Shown piece after piece: positions 13,800 through 25,277 of a stretch of 64,000 nt of DNA. The notes beneath the pieces were generated by a model. The model saw nothing but the letters and a program-made list of their open reading frames with translations, was not told the DNA's origin and ran no database searches. Every line of letters begins with the position of its first letter. Positions within the stretch are counted from its first letter, which is position 1. The DNA is from Anolis carolinensis (Eukaryota). The stretch spans positions 301,119,749-301,183,748 of the forward strand of contig NC_085842.1 of the NCBI RefSeq assembly GCF_035594765.1. Reading direction: 5' to 3'. The position numbers and the translations under genes were made by a program.

Positions 13800-14612
13800 G
13801 TAAAACACTTATGGATTTGAACTGTAGTTTGATTTTGGCAGGGGCTTGACCATCCTTAATCTGTCTGTCAGCCTTTTCCTGCAGTTTTATTTAAGACATC
13901 TTTCTTTAAATTAAAAAAAAAAAGTGAAGTAAGCCAGCTTAAGCCAAGCAACACACCTGTGTGGCATCTCTAAGATTGACAAATATGCTGTAGCACAAAC
14001 TTTCATGGGCTACATTCTGCTTCTTCACATGTATGGAGTGTAATCTGAAAAGTACACACATGCACATATGGTGCACATTAGGTACAATGCAAATAAATGT
14101 AAAGGCATAATTTATTTATCATAATATAGCTTCAGTCCTGTTGGTTAGTACCAAATTGAGTAGACTCATGGAAACAGTCAATGAATGGTAAATCAGTGCA
14201 AACGTAAATAGACTAGTGAGGACTATTAACAGTGGTATAGTGGTATGGAGGTTATAGTCCTTTCCTCCTTTTATAGTTCCAGAACCCTTCATAGACTTAT
14301 CACATTGTCTCTAAAGCCCTTTCCCTCATGACTTTTCTGTGCCTCTTTAGGCCCAGATGAGAAATGATTCCATCAGCATAGATTCCTCTGGAAGACCCCA
14401 AAGGGTCTTGGAATTGGTGTCATCATTCCACATTTGGCCCCAGGGATATGGCCAGATGCTTCTCTGATCCTAACAGTTCCCCAGAAAGCAGACTGGCTAT
14501 GCAGGGAGATTTCAGTTACTATATGATACATTCAAGTAGGTGATATACAGCTCAGCTTCAAATAGGTCTGCATGTGGAAGTCTTGTGCTATCTTGAGCTG
14601 GACAAGATTAGG

Positions 14613-14848
14613 TTTTTTTTTCCATGTCAGTAGTGACTTGAGAAACTGCATGTCGCTTCTGGTGTGAGAGAATTGGCCATGTCTCATTCTTTCATGTCCC
14701 CACATGGAGCTAGAGCTGGAGCTGATAGTACGAGCTCATCTGTGCTTTTCCCGGTTGGATTTGAATCAGCAACCTTCAGGTCAGCAACCCAACCTTCAAG
14801 TCAGTCCTGCTGGCACAAGGGTTTAACTAATTGCGTCACTGGGGGCTC
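14613..14848 (-). mobile_element. tRNA-derived SINE with poly(A) tail (same family as 53384-53648)
   Basis: T tract at the left end, shared gacttgagaaactgca...tgtgagagaattggcc body, head gagccccc on the minus strand. Confidence 0.75.
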
Positions 14849-15301
14849 TTTAGTATTAGTAATTATTGTATAATGTTCAGCAACAATTGAGCTTACCTTA
14901 TGGTAAACTTGCCAGGTAGCTGAAGATGGTGTTTTTACTGTTGAACATTTTTTAGATCTCTTTTGGCTTCAATCTATTTGTAAATGCTCACTGAATGAAT
15001 TATAGTAAATCATCACTTCTGTAAATTCTACTGATGTAGGTCTGGTCTTGTTGTGACTAAAAATTGGACGTAAACCTTAGTAATTCTTCTTTTGTAGCGG
15101 GGTATAAATAAACATAATAATAATTCTACCATTACACATTAACTATTGACTGTCAGTTGTCTATTCAGCCCTTTTCTCACCCTTGACTCTTTTTCAGGGT
15201 GATACAGAATAGGATTATTTTAGACCTTAGTATGGTTCAGAACATTTCAGAGTGAAATAACTTTGCAACTCTTTCTCCACCACTATTCCCGTTTCCCACA
15301 G

Positions 15302-15408
15302 GTGAGGGAATTTGATGGCCGACATTATATTATGGAAAAGTCAATAACAGGAGATTTTGCACTAGTGAAGGCATGGAAGTCTGATCGTGCTGGAAATATT
15401 ATCTTCAG
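15302..15408 (+). CDS. OXCT1: OXCT1 exon 6 equivalent (107 nt)
   Basis: tttcccacag|GTG AGG...TTC AG|gtacag; [35 protein letters not shown](R). Confidence 0.97.
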
Positions 15409-15603
15409 GTACAGATATAATTTCTTCAAAAACATTTCCCCAGAAAATCTGTGAGTTTCTTGAAGGCTTATATGGAAAGCATTAGATGAGAAATTCAGTA
15501 ATGTTGGACCAACATAATTTGCCGTTTCATGACTAATACAAACTGGTGTGCAGTTCAAGGAAGTCTTGGGTCGAAAGGTGTTGCGAGTAGAAAAACTCTG
15601 AGG

Positions 15604-15738
15604 CAGTGGTTCTCAACCTATGGGTCCCCAGATTTTTGGCCTATAACTCCCAGAAAATCTCAGATAGTTTACCAGCTGCTTGGATTTCTAGGAGTTGAAG
15701 GCCAAAACATCTGGGGACCCAGAGGTTGAGAACCACTG
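15604..15738. mobile_element. palindromic hAT MITE (135 bp)
   Basis: TIR CAGTGGTTCTCAACCT/AGGTTGAGAACCACTG; TSD CTCTGAGG/CTTTAAGG. Confidence 0.85.
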
Positions 15739-17433
15739 CTTTAAGGAGCCCTGGGTAGACCAAAAAATGGATGGCTCAAACCTTTCAGTTGGCAATAGGA
15801 AGCTGCCTTATACTGAATCAATATGTGATTGTGTTGCCTATATGGATTGCTAGCTGCCCTTCAGGGTTTCAGACAGGAATATGTCCCAGCATTGTCTTGT
15901 GATATGGAGATTGAACTTTGAAGTTCAATGGCAAATTTCTTAATTTTTAAAACATGATTGTCTTCTTGTACTCAGCTTAATCCCACTTTGCTGCTCTCCA
16001 TTCCTGAGCTTTTGCAGTTGGGTATTAGACCTGGAGTGCGCTATGGGGCAGATTCTTGATCAAGTGAGGATAGAAGATGCTACTTCTAGTGCCTGACAGT
16101 ATTGGGATCTCATATTGCTTTTCCGTTCATAAAGTGGACCCTGACTTCTACTGAACACAACGTAGTGCTTGGTTAAGTCTCAGGCAAACATTTCAAGAGT
16201 TTCTGGTTCCCAACTTTTGAGTTTAGCTACAGAACTGTTTGTTTTAAATGTCCTTAATGGGACATATTGTTAGATGTAGCCATATCATTCTATTTGTCTC
16301 TGGGTTAATATCAAGCTACTGATTTTGTTTGAAAATGTTTTAAAAGCAGTTGATAAGGAAAAACATGAGGTTATTTATTGATTTTGGGGCATGAAAGTTT
16401 TCTTGAACTTTCCAGCAGTATTGGATCTTGTATTGCTGCAGGAGAGATTCCAGATATAATTGCCCATGAGAGTTGCATCAAAACAAATACTCCTAAAGAT
16501 ACCTGTGTCTGCTCTAGTGATATAATGCAAACACATGTGAAAGGGCAGCTTTGGAATTGTAGTAAATTCATTTGGATCATCCATTTCTTGTCAGCACAGC
16601 CTGTGCTAATTACATGGATATACTTATTAGTTTGCTAACAACTTAGTAAAAAACAAAAATAACCAGGAGGGGGCAGTAGAATATCAAAACCAAAGTATAC
16701 TAAATTGAAGAAAATGCTGGGAAGAGAGAAAACTATCTGTTAAATAGCACTCATTTTGCCAATACATCTTGAGTTTCAGATTTAGAAATTTATGTTATTG
16801 TTGGAGGTAGGTTGACAGAAAAACCCATATCTATAAGAATTCCATGCATCAAATTGATGGTAACATTGCTTTGATGTTTAGACTAAGAAAGGTTGGTTGG
16901 GATTCACAGAAACACACACACACACAAACAATTCATAAATAAATATGCCAGTGTTGTAGGGAGATGTGTCTGTAACTACAGTTCTACACTTCTAAACATA
17001 CAAATAAATATGTATCAATTTTTTCATGTATTTTTGCCCTACTCTATATCTCAATCCATCTTACAGGTAAAAGCAATAATAGGTTGAAACACTATATAAT
17101 CTATATATATAAAAGAGTGATGGCGTCACGGCAATTCACAAAACAACAAAAGTACAGGCCCCCCAACCTCAAAATTTGACAACACAACCCATCATCCACG
17201 CCTCAAGGTTGATACAACAAAAAGAAAAGAAAAATAAAGTCCTAATTAGAGGGAGAGCAATAATTTTTTTATCCAATTGCTGCCAGTTTAGAGGGCTAAT
17301 CTCTGCCCACTTGGTTGCCTAGCAACCAAGGGACAGCCAGGTTTCAGTTAGGGGACAGGCAGATTTAGGCCTCACTTAGACTTCTTCCACAGATTATCTG
17401 ATTTGCACAGGATTATATGGCAGTGTAGACTCA

Positions 17434-17563
17434 AGGCCCTTCCACACAGCTATATAACCCATTTATAATCTTATATTATCTGCTTTGCACTGGATTATCT
17501 TGACTCCACACTACCATATAATCCACTTCAGTGTGCATTTTATACAGCTGTGAAGAAGGGGCC
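17434..17563. mobile_element. Harbinger-like MITE nested in an older copy of the same family (inside the Helitron)
   Basis: TIR GGCCCTTCCACACAGCT/AGCTGTGAAGAAGGGGCC, 3-bp TSD TCA; the flanks rejoin as gcagtgtagactca|gataatccagttc, matching the free copy at 31037. Confidence 0.8.
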
Positions 17564-17608
17564 TCAGATAATCCAGTTCTGAGCAGATAATATAAGATTA
17601 TCAATATA

Positions 17609-18268
17609 CAGTAGAGTCTCACTTATCCAACGTAAACAGGCCGGCAGGATAAGTGAATATGTTGGATAATAAGAAGGGATTCAGGAAAAGCCAATTAAAC
17701 ATCAAATTAGGTAATCGTTATACAAATTAAGCACCAAAACATCATATTATACAACAAATTTGACAGAAAAAGTAGTTCCATGGCCAGTAATGCTATGTAG
17801 TATTTACAGTAGAGTCTCACTTATCCAACACTCGCTTATCCAACGTTCTGGATTATCCAACGCATTTTTGTAGTCAATGCTTTCAATATATCATGATATT
17901 TTGGTGCTAAATTCATAAATACAGTAATTACTATATAGCATTACTGTGTACTGAACTACTTTTTCTGACAAATTTGTTGTCTAACATGATGTTTTGGTGC
18001 TTAATTTGTAAAATCATAACTTAATTTGATGTTTAATAGGGTTATCCTTAATTCCTCATTATCCAACATATTCGCTTATCCAACGTTCTGCCGGCCCGTT
18101 TATGTTGGATAAGTGAGACTCTACTGTACTGTATTTACAAATTTACCACTAAAATATCACAATGAATTTAAAACACTGACTACAAAAATATTGATTATGA
18201 AAAGGCAGACTGCGTTGGATAATCCAGAACATTGTATAAGCGAATGTTGGATAAGTGAGATTCTTCTT
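17609..18268. mobile_element. Tc1/mariner (pogo-like) MITE, outer older copy
   Basis: TA-flanked TIR CAGTAGAGTCTCACTTATCCAAC with a degenerate right TIR; split by the 17807-18126 insertion. Confidence 0.85.
17807..18126. mobile_element. Tc1/mariner MITE, inner copy in opposite orientation
   Basis: perfect 23-bp TIRs, TA TSD, closely similar to 28109-28431. Confidence 0.9.
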
Positions 18269-18311
18269 TAATATGAAATAATTACTGGGATAGAATAATG
18301 CAGAACAATAT

Positions 18312-18640
18312 AATCTCTAAAACCAGGATAGTAAATAAACAGGGGAATTCCACACAGGAAACAATCAGGGCCAGCTAACACCTCCCAACAAAGTATTCCC
18401 ATCATCAAAGTCTGGAAAATCCTGTTTTCTCAGGGCCACAGACAGTAGAAGCACATAAAATATTGCAAACAACACCACTCTGAAAACAAGGGAATTCCAG
18501 ACAGGAAACAATCAGGGCCAGCTAACACCTCCCAACAAAAAAAATCACTCAGAGGAAACAGCCAGGCTTTAAAGCTGCAAGGCCATTACATCCTAATCAT
18601 TTTTCCTAATTGCAGCATTCATACTTGCCTCCAACAAACA
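18312..18640 (+). mobile_element. Penelope-like retroelement fragment (pseudo-LTR region) inside the Helitron
   Basis: duplicated block gggaattcca(c/g)acaggaaacaatcagggccagctaacacctcccaacaaa followed by agccaggcttt(a)aagctgcaaggcc, which I recognise from Anolis Penelope elements. Confidence 0.65.
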
Positions 18641-18690
18641 AAAAAAACCAATCAGAAATATTGTATATTCACAACCTTTAGGAAATAATA

Positions 18691-19018
18691 TCCCCTGATG
18701 GCGCAGCGTGTTAAAGCGCTGAGCTGCTGAACTTCTGGACCGAAAGGCCACAGGTTTGAATTGGGGGAGCAGAGAGAGCCCCCACGGTTAGCCCCAGCTT
18801 CTGCCAACCCAGAAGTTCGAAAACATGCAAATGTGAGTGCATCAATAGGTACTGCTCCGGTGGGAAGGTAACGCCGCTCCATGCAGTCATCCCACATGAC
18901 CTTGGAGGAGTCTACGGACAACGCCGGCTCTTCGGCTTAGAAATGGAGATGAGCACCAACCTCCAGAGTAAGACACAACTGGACTTAATGTCTGGGGAAA
19001 ACCTTTACCCTTGACCTT
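18691..19018 (+). mobile_element. Sauria SINE inside the Helitron
   Basis: homologous to 5498-5827 and 43270-43593; ACCTTTACC tail. Confidence 0.9.
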
Positions 19019-19828
19019 AACTACCACCAATTCCTCAATACTTTATTTCCCATACCACCAGACTTCGCCACAGCAACGCGTGGCCGGGCACAGCTAGTTA
19101 TACAAATAAATAAAATAGACTTTTAAATTGAGTACATTAATAAGTTAAAACAGGTTTAAAAATGAAAGGAAAACCTGTTTAGAAAAAGTAAAATAGGCTG
19201 AGAGTTGAATTCAGTACAGATGAAAAGGAAAAGCAATAATATGTATACATTATTAATATTATGCCACACAATATAAAGCCCAGGATTATGATCCAGTGTA
19301 AAGGGAAACTAATGCTAGTGGCAAGGTGATATCCAGTCTGGTTGACTGGGGCATTTTAGGAACTTTGGTCCTTAGAAAAGAAATCTTTCCAGACCAAGCA
19401 AAATGGAGAAACTATTACAATATGGAAAGGTTCACACAAAATCCTAAAACTTCAGATTGGAGGGAGTAGCCCAGGCTCTGTTTTAATCTTCTGCTCAGTA
19501 CAAGATATTCAAAACTAGAGGATCCTAAGTGATAGTTGAAAATGTCCAGCAAAACAGGACACTTTTGTTATATCATTGCTTTATCCTTGAATTACTTCTG
19601 CCAGTTAGAAGTTTCACTTCCACTCAATTAAATAATGCAACCTTGTAAATCTGTTGTCTAATCCTAGTGTCTGGGATAGAGGAGAGCAAGTATTTCCTAT
19701 TTTATGTATGATAGCACTTCAAGGATTTGAAGGAGTTTTTTTTTTTTACAATCCTTGGTTTTTTTCTCATAACATTTTAAATTTTCAAGCAATTTATATC
19801 TTTTATGTATGTTATCTTTCTCTGATAG

Positions 19829-19889
19829 GAAAACTGCAAGAAACTTTAACCAGCCCATGTGCAAAGCTGCCAGAACCACTGTAGTAGAG
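19829..19889 (+). CDS. OXCT1: OXCT1 exon 7 equivalent (61 nt)
   Basis: ctttctctgatag|G AAA ACT...GTA GAG|gtaatg; KTARNFNQPMCKAARTTVVE; phase fits both neighbours. Confidence 0.96.
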
Positions 19890-20047
19890 GTAATGCAGAA
19901 CATAGCCATTTTCCTCATAGTTGATAATAAATTTTCTTTGAATAAATTGGATATGAATGAATGGATGAATAAATGAATGAATAAATAAATAAATAAAATG
20001 GGATCTTGTTTAGATTGAAAGATGAGGCATGAATTTTAAAACTGCAG

Positions 20048-20187
20048 TTTATTTATTTATTTATTTACAGTATTTATATTCCGCCCTTCTCACCCCAAAG
20101 GGGACTCAGGGCGGATTACAATGAACACATATATGGCAAACATTCAATGCCAACAGACAAACAACATATATAGACAAACACAGAGGC
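20048..20187 (-). mobile_element. 5'-truncated Anolis SINE2-like element with (TAAA)n tail
   Basis: reverse complement of the 3' half of 44444-44686; further tail fragments near 10945, 36296 and 61250. Confidence 0.8.
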
Positions 20188-21241
20188 ATTTAACATTTTT
20201 TTCCAGCTTCACGATTCCAGCATGAGATATAATTTTACAACAGAGCTGCTCCCCTTGGAGTTTCCAGCTTGTATGGTGTGCCTCTGCTTTATCTAATCAC
20301 TTCAAGGATTGCCTCTTCTCTTTATCTTCTAGAACAAAACCATCTGTTTCACAAACAGTGCTCTAGATTATATTGGGATGGGATGTTTGTCCGCATGTGA
20401 GAACAGGTTGTGCTTCACCTTCCTTTGGCAGACTCTTGCAAAAGCCCCTGGGCCTTTGTGAAGAGCTCAAAGAGAGCCAATGCATGGTGTACAGATATAA
20501 TTGAAACCATGCAGCTGATGACAGTGGGGAGTTGATGTTGATTTCGCTTGGAGCAGGAATGGGATGAGTACCGACTGCTGTGACATCGACATACACATGA
20601 AAAAGGAGCACCTTCTTTCAAAAATAAATGAAAAAGACTTCCTGCTCACCTCTGCATTGAGCTGTTTCACTCATGCAGTGATGCTCTTCTGATGGGATCT
20701 CCATTATTTCAGTTAAAAATTGTCAGGATCTGCATTTCACCTGGGGATCTGACCAAAAGAGTGTTGTCACAAAGGTAGGCAGAAGACTACACATAGCCCT
20801 TGGGTTCCCCACTTCTATGCCATTTATTTAGGTTGAGATCCACATAAGCTGCATATAAAACCGATTTCCATTCCAGTAGTCTAGGCTACATCTGCACTAA
20901 CAAATTAAGGCAGCTCTATCTAATAAGGTGGTCATAGTTTTTCAATGTCTTGAGCTGTCTCTGCCAAAGAGTGCTGGTGATTCATCTAACTACAACTCCC
21001 AGGATTCTGTCGCATTAAGCCATGGTATCAATTCGATAGTGTTGATGCATCACTATTCTTCCACTTGAGACCTCAGAGTCAGGAAAATTCGACAGGTGCT
21101 GCTTATTATTGCAACCAGGTAACAAGCAATTTCTTCTTCTACACAATCATTAAAAGTACAGGTGCCCTTTCCAGTTTTCACCCACAACTTTATGGAAATT
21201 CCTTCTTTTGAGCCTCTCCAAAAAGGAAAATAATAGTAATA

Positions 21242-21415
21242 CAGGGTGTCCCAAAAGTATTATATATTAGATATATTAATATGTTTTATAATTTAAATTT
21301 ATTTAAATATTATACTTTCAAATATACAACACATAGGGAATACTTTGTAAAGAAAGGTTATATTTAGGTACAATTTCTCAATTGCTCCGTGTATGGCGAC
21401 TTTTGAGTCACCCTG
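21242..21415. mobile_element. Tc1/mariner MITE (174 bp)
   Basis: TA|CAGGGTGTCCCAAAAGT...ACTTTTGAGTCACCCTG|TA. Confidence 0.8.
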
Positions 21416-21676
21416 TAGTATTAGATGATAATTTGCTGCCACTTCATGATGCTTCATATTTACTATCTGAGGTGGCCTCTTTTCCACTGCCTTTTGGTCT
21501 GTGTTCTTCCTTGGTCTTGCCCAGAACAATTGGTTTTTGGAAACAAAGATGATAAGAACTTATGAAATTTGCCCTTCATTACAGTCAGAAGCAGTGATAA
21601 TTTTCGAAGTAAGAATTTTTCTTGGTTAGGTTTGGGGATATGTAGCCATTTCAAAATAGTAGTGGCACAATTTATC

Positions 21677-21892
21677 CAACATGTGGTGTTTTTAGTATTT
21701 TTATCATAATATCAGGATTCGAATCCCATGGAAACCCACTGGGTCATCTTCGCCAAGTCACACTCTCTCAGCCTCAAAGGAAGATGATGGCAAAACACTT
21801 CTGAACAAATTTGGTAAAAAAAAAATATCCCATAATAGGTTTGCCTTAGGGTTGGTATAGGTGGAAAGCAACTTCATGGTGTCCAAGAACAA
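21677..21892 (+). mobile_element. Squam3-like CORE SINE
   Basis: B-box-like gattcgaatcc, CORE cactgggtcatcttcgccaagtcacactctctcagcctc, (AAC)-like tail. Confidence 0.7.
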
Positions 21893-22911
21893 TGAATGAT
21901 TTTTAACAATTCTTACTCCATTTTTCCCCTTGCTTTGCTACTTCATAAATGGATTTTTTCCTTGCCAAAGATGGGGAAGCTAAACTATTGAAGGTGTAGT
22001 TTTTCTTAACTTTTTTAAAAAGCACGTATTCTGCAATAACTAGAGCTATAAGGTGATTCTGAGTTGTCAAAAGGAAAAATGACAAAAGGGGATGGGGTGG
22101 GGGCTTAACATTGCGTGCAGAGGTGCTTTTTCATCCATAACTAATTAAGCAAATGTAATTAAAAATCCTTCAGTGTGTCTCTGGTTGCTTAGCAACAGTA
22201 CTCCTGGTCCATTATCATTCTGCTATCATAGGTACAATGCACCTCATTACTCTGTGGGACAGAAATGAATAGTTTCCATTAGTCACCTACATTTTTGGTA
22301 TTTGTTTTTATTGTTAACTCTGAGGCACTGGGAAATAGTTGCGTTTATAAATAGTTTCACAATGCATAACATTATAGCTCAGGTTTTGCCCCATGTTTAA
22401 TTCCATCTTGCTTGTTAAAAATCCAATAAATTATCCATATTTCATTTTTCTAAAAGAATCTGAGGCAGCCAGAGGGAAGCTGAAAGGAAGGTTCCCCCCC
22501 CCCCCCCAAATGTTCAAATATTTCCCCAACTTTACACCAGACTACATATTAGTCTACCACTGTATAACCTGGCTCCCTCTAGAAGCCTCCAGAAATCCAA
22601 ACCAACATAACCAATGTTTGAGGATAATGGAATTGGTGGCTCAAACTACATGGAAGATGCCTGTTTGGAGAAGGCTGCGTTAGCACTTTGGCAATTAATT
22701 TAGCATCCATCCAGCTTGTGTCCTTGCACCATCATATTCCTACAGGGCAGCAAGAAAGTTTTATAATTTTGCTTGTCTAAAGTCTGACAAATTGGTTCGT
22801 GTTAATTATAGCTGATGAAAACGAGCCAAATTCCAAATGATAGTTTGTGAAGTAAAGTTTGATTTCAGTAGCTATAGTTAAGATTAGCCATGTTTCAAGG
22901 TTTAGATGATA

Positions 22912-23358
22912 CTAGCTGTGCCCAGCCACGCGTTGCTGTGGCAAAGTGGTGGTGGTATTGGTTAAAAATTGTTGTGGAATTTTTATTTGATGTTATTTGT
23001 ATTTTGTAATTAATTTTATTGTAAGTTATCTTTTTATTTATTATATTTTATTATTTTCTTGTATTATTTTTAGTTATTTTCTGTTATTATAGTATTTATT
23101 GTATTAATTTTTTGGTGTTTTAAATTATTTTTTAGTGTTTATTATTTTTTATTGGGTTGCTAGGAGACCAAGTTGGCGGAGCTTAGCCTTCTAACTGGCA
23201 GCAATTGGATAAAATTAGGACTTTATTTTTCTTTTCTTTTTGTTGTATCAACCTTGAGGCGTGGATGATGGGTTGTGTCGTCAAATTTCGAGGTTGGGGG
23301 GCCTGTAGTTTTGTTGTTTTGTGGGTCGCCGTGATGCCATCACTCTTTTATATATAGA
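22912..23358 (-). mobile_element. short non-autonomous Helitron (447 bp), same family as 17100-19097 but without the cargo
   Basis: A|T target, minus-strand 5' TC and 3' hairpin plus CTAG; AT-rich low-complexity interior. Confidence 0.9.
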
Positions 23359-23795
23359 TGGTAACCTATGTTTAGAGCAGGAACAGAATATTCCAGATTC
23401 ATTTTTCTGAATGGATAAATAATTAATAATAACAATAATATCATTTATGTCCTATTTTCCACCAAGGCCGGGTACTTAAGATTGGGAAGACCTGTAGAAA
23501 AATCGGTCTTTTTGTAATACTATAATGCCTTAGTATTAGACTTGAACCAGCCCTTAGAACAGTGGTTCGCAACCTTTTTTTTGACCAGGGACCACTTGAC
23601 CAGAGACGACTCTCCAACATTACTACAACATTTATTGTAGTAGGATTGTGAGTGTAATAGTAGTAGTGGTCATCTGAAATTTAGGACATGCAAACTGTCT
23701 TGCCTTGAGCACTTGAATTCGAACCATAGCCTCCTTATCCACCAGATTGTAATAGCTTTTGGAACTATTTGACCATAATGCCATGCTGACCCACA

Positions 23796-23958
23796 CCCCG
23801 GGCTGTGGTGGAGGCTCCTTCTTTGGAGGCTTTTAAGCAGAGGCTGGATGGCCATATGTCGGGAGTGCTTTGAATGCAATTTCCTGTTTCTTAGCGGGGG
23901 GTTGGACTGGATGGCCCATGAGGTCTCTTCCAACTCTACTATTCTAAGATTCTATGAT
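23796..23958 (+). mobile_element. CR1 LINE 3' end
   Basis: gaggcttttaagcagaggctggatggcca...ttccaactctactattctaagattctatga, the CR1 (ATTCTRTG)n-type tail. Confidence 0.85.
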
Positions 23959-25169
23959 CTTCCAACTTTTGGCGAACACTAGTTTGTTTCCATGGTTTTT
24001 TAGTTTCCAAAGTTTGAAAAGTTGTTATATTTGGGAGTTGTACTGAAATGGATGGATTGCTAGGATTTAAAAGATTAGAACGGAAGGAGATATGGACACT
24101 GGTTCTTTGGTTTTAATTTTCTGCGGTTCTGCAAACAGGACCCAAAGAAGCTTGACTGTTTGCTTCTGTTAAATTGGAAATGGCACATTGGATTTTCCCT
24201 CAACTGTGCTTCTCAAACCTAGTAGGAGTTTCTGTGTCCTTCTACCATTATGTTTAAATGTGAATTTGAGTCACGACGTGTTGGCCTCTCTGCTATTTCA
24301 ATCCTCTTCTGCAACTGAAAATGACAGATGTCGTGAAGAAGAATCTTAGTAAGGAAGAATTTTAGTGCACTTGCTTTATTTTTATAGACAATATGGGTGG
24401 CAGGAAAGTCATTGGTTAAGAGGCAATGCTAGAGACTACATGGGATTGCTGCCAGAACGGCTGGGATGGTAATGTCTTGGTGTTTGGAAGTCTGCATTGG
24501 ATGATCAACGTGGTCCAGACTGTCAACTAAAATTCTGCAGTTGCTCCTGTAATCCTTTCCATAGTTGCTGCTGAAATTCAGCAAATACAGCTATTTTAAT
24601 GGTGCATGAGAATGCCATAGTACCATCTATAGGAATCTGCAGACTGTCCTAGGCAAAGTGGTTTTTTCCCTTTAGGCAGGGAATGGGAAAAGGAAAAGAC
24701 TTTTGCTTCTGATGCTGCTGAATCTTGGTGGCACACTTGGATTGGATGCTAGCAGCAGCAATTTCAATGGCAGCAGGGGTAGGTGGCGCAGTGCACGAGG
24801 GCTACATATTGTCAACATCTATATATTGGCATTGTGTTCTGCAGAGTTTAATTCCAATAAGACTCACATAACATTATACTGATCAACACTGACATTAAGC
24901 TTGTGACTGCTCTCAGCTGTTCATTCTAAGGTTAATAGTCTGCAAAACCTTCAGCTTGTTTTTTAAAGCTAGGTCTATCTGTTCCTGGAGAGATGGCACG
25001 AAAGCTTGGAAAGCAGAGTTTCTTTAAGCTTATACTCTTCTGAGTCAATTGTACTGAAACTACTTCAACACAGCTGAAACCCAGTGTGAAATGGTCTTCT
25101 AATCCTTGTATGATTCACATTGTTTTTGTTCTCTGATTTTTATCTTTCCTACTTCTCATGTCTGTACAG

Positions 25170-25277
25170 GTAGAAGAAATTGTTGATGTGGGGTCATTTG
25201 CCGCAGAAGATATTCATGTCCCTAAAATCTATGTCCATCGCCTCATCAAAGGAGAAAAGTATGAAAAAAGAATTGAG
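25170..25277 (+). CDS. OXCT1: OXCT1 exon 8 equivalent (108 nt)
   Basis: tctgtacag|GTA GAA...ATT GAG|gtgagt; [36 protein letters not shown]. Confidence 0.97.

Larger units (their letters stand above)
17100..19097 (+). mobile_element. composite non-autonomous Helitron (1998 bp)
   Basis: inserted at A|T without a TSD, 5' TC, 3' CTAG preceded by the GC hairpin GCCACAGCAACGCGTGGC; both ends shared with 22912-23358. Confidence 0.9.

Noticed and set aside
17609-18268. Recurrent CTTATCCAAC / GTTGGATAAG motifs that superficially resemble a CRISPR or operator array
   Set aside because: Irregular spacing and both orientations; explained as terminal and subterminal repeats of nested Tc1/mariner MITEs in a vertebrate intron.
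21967-21993. AAAGATGGGGAAGCTAAA (KDGEAK), resembling the mammalian SCOT linker, after a pyrimidine tract
   Set aside because: Too short, wrong position in the exon order, 23-nt frameshifting length and a poor donor (GTGTAG).
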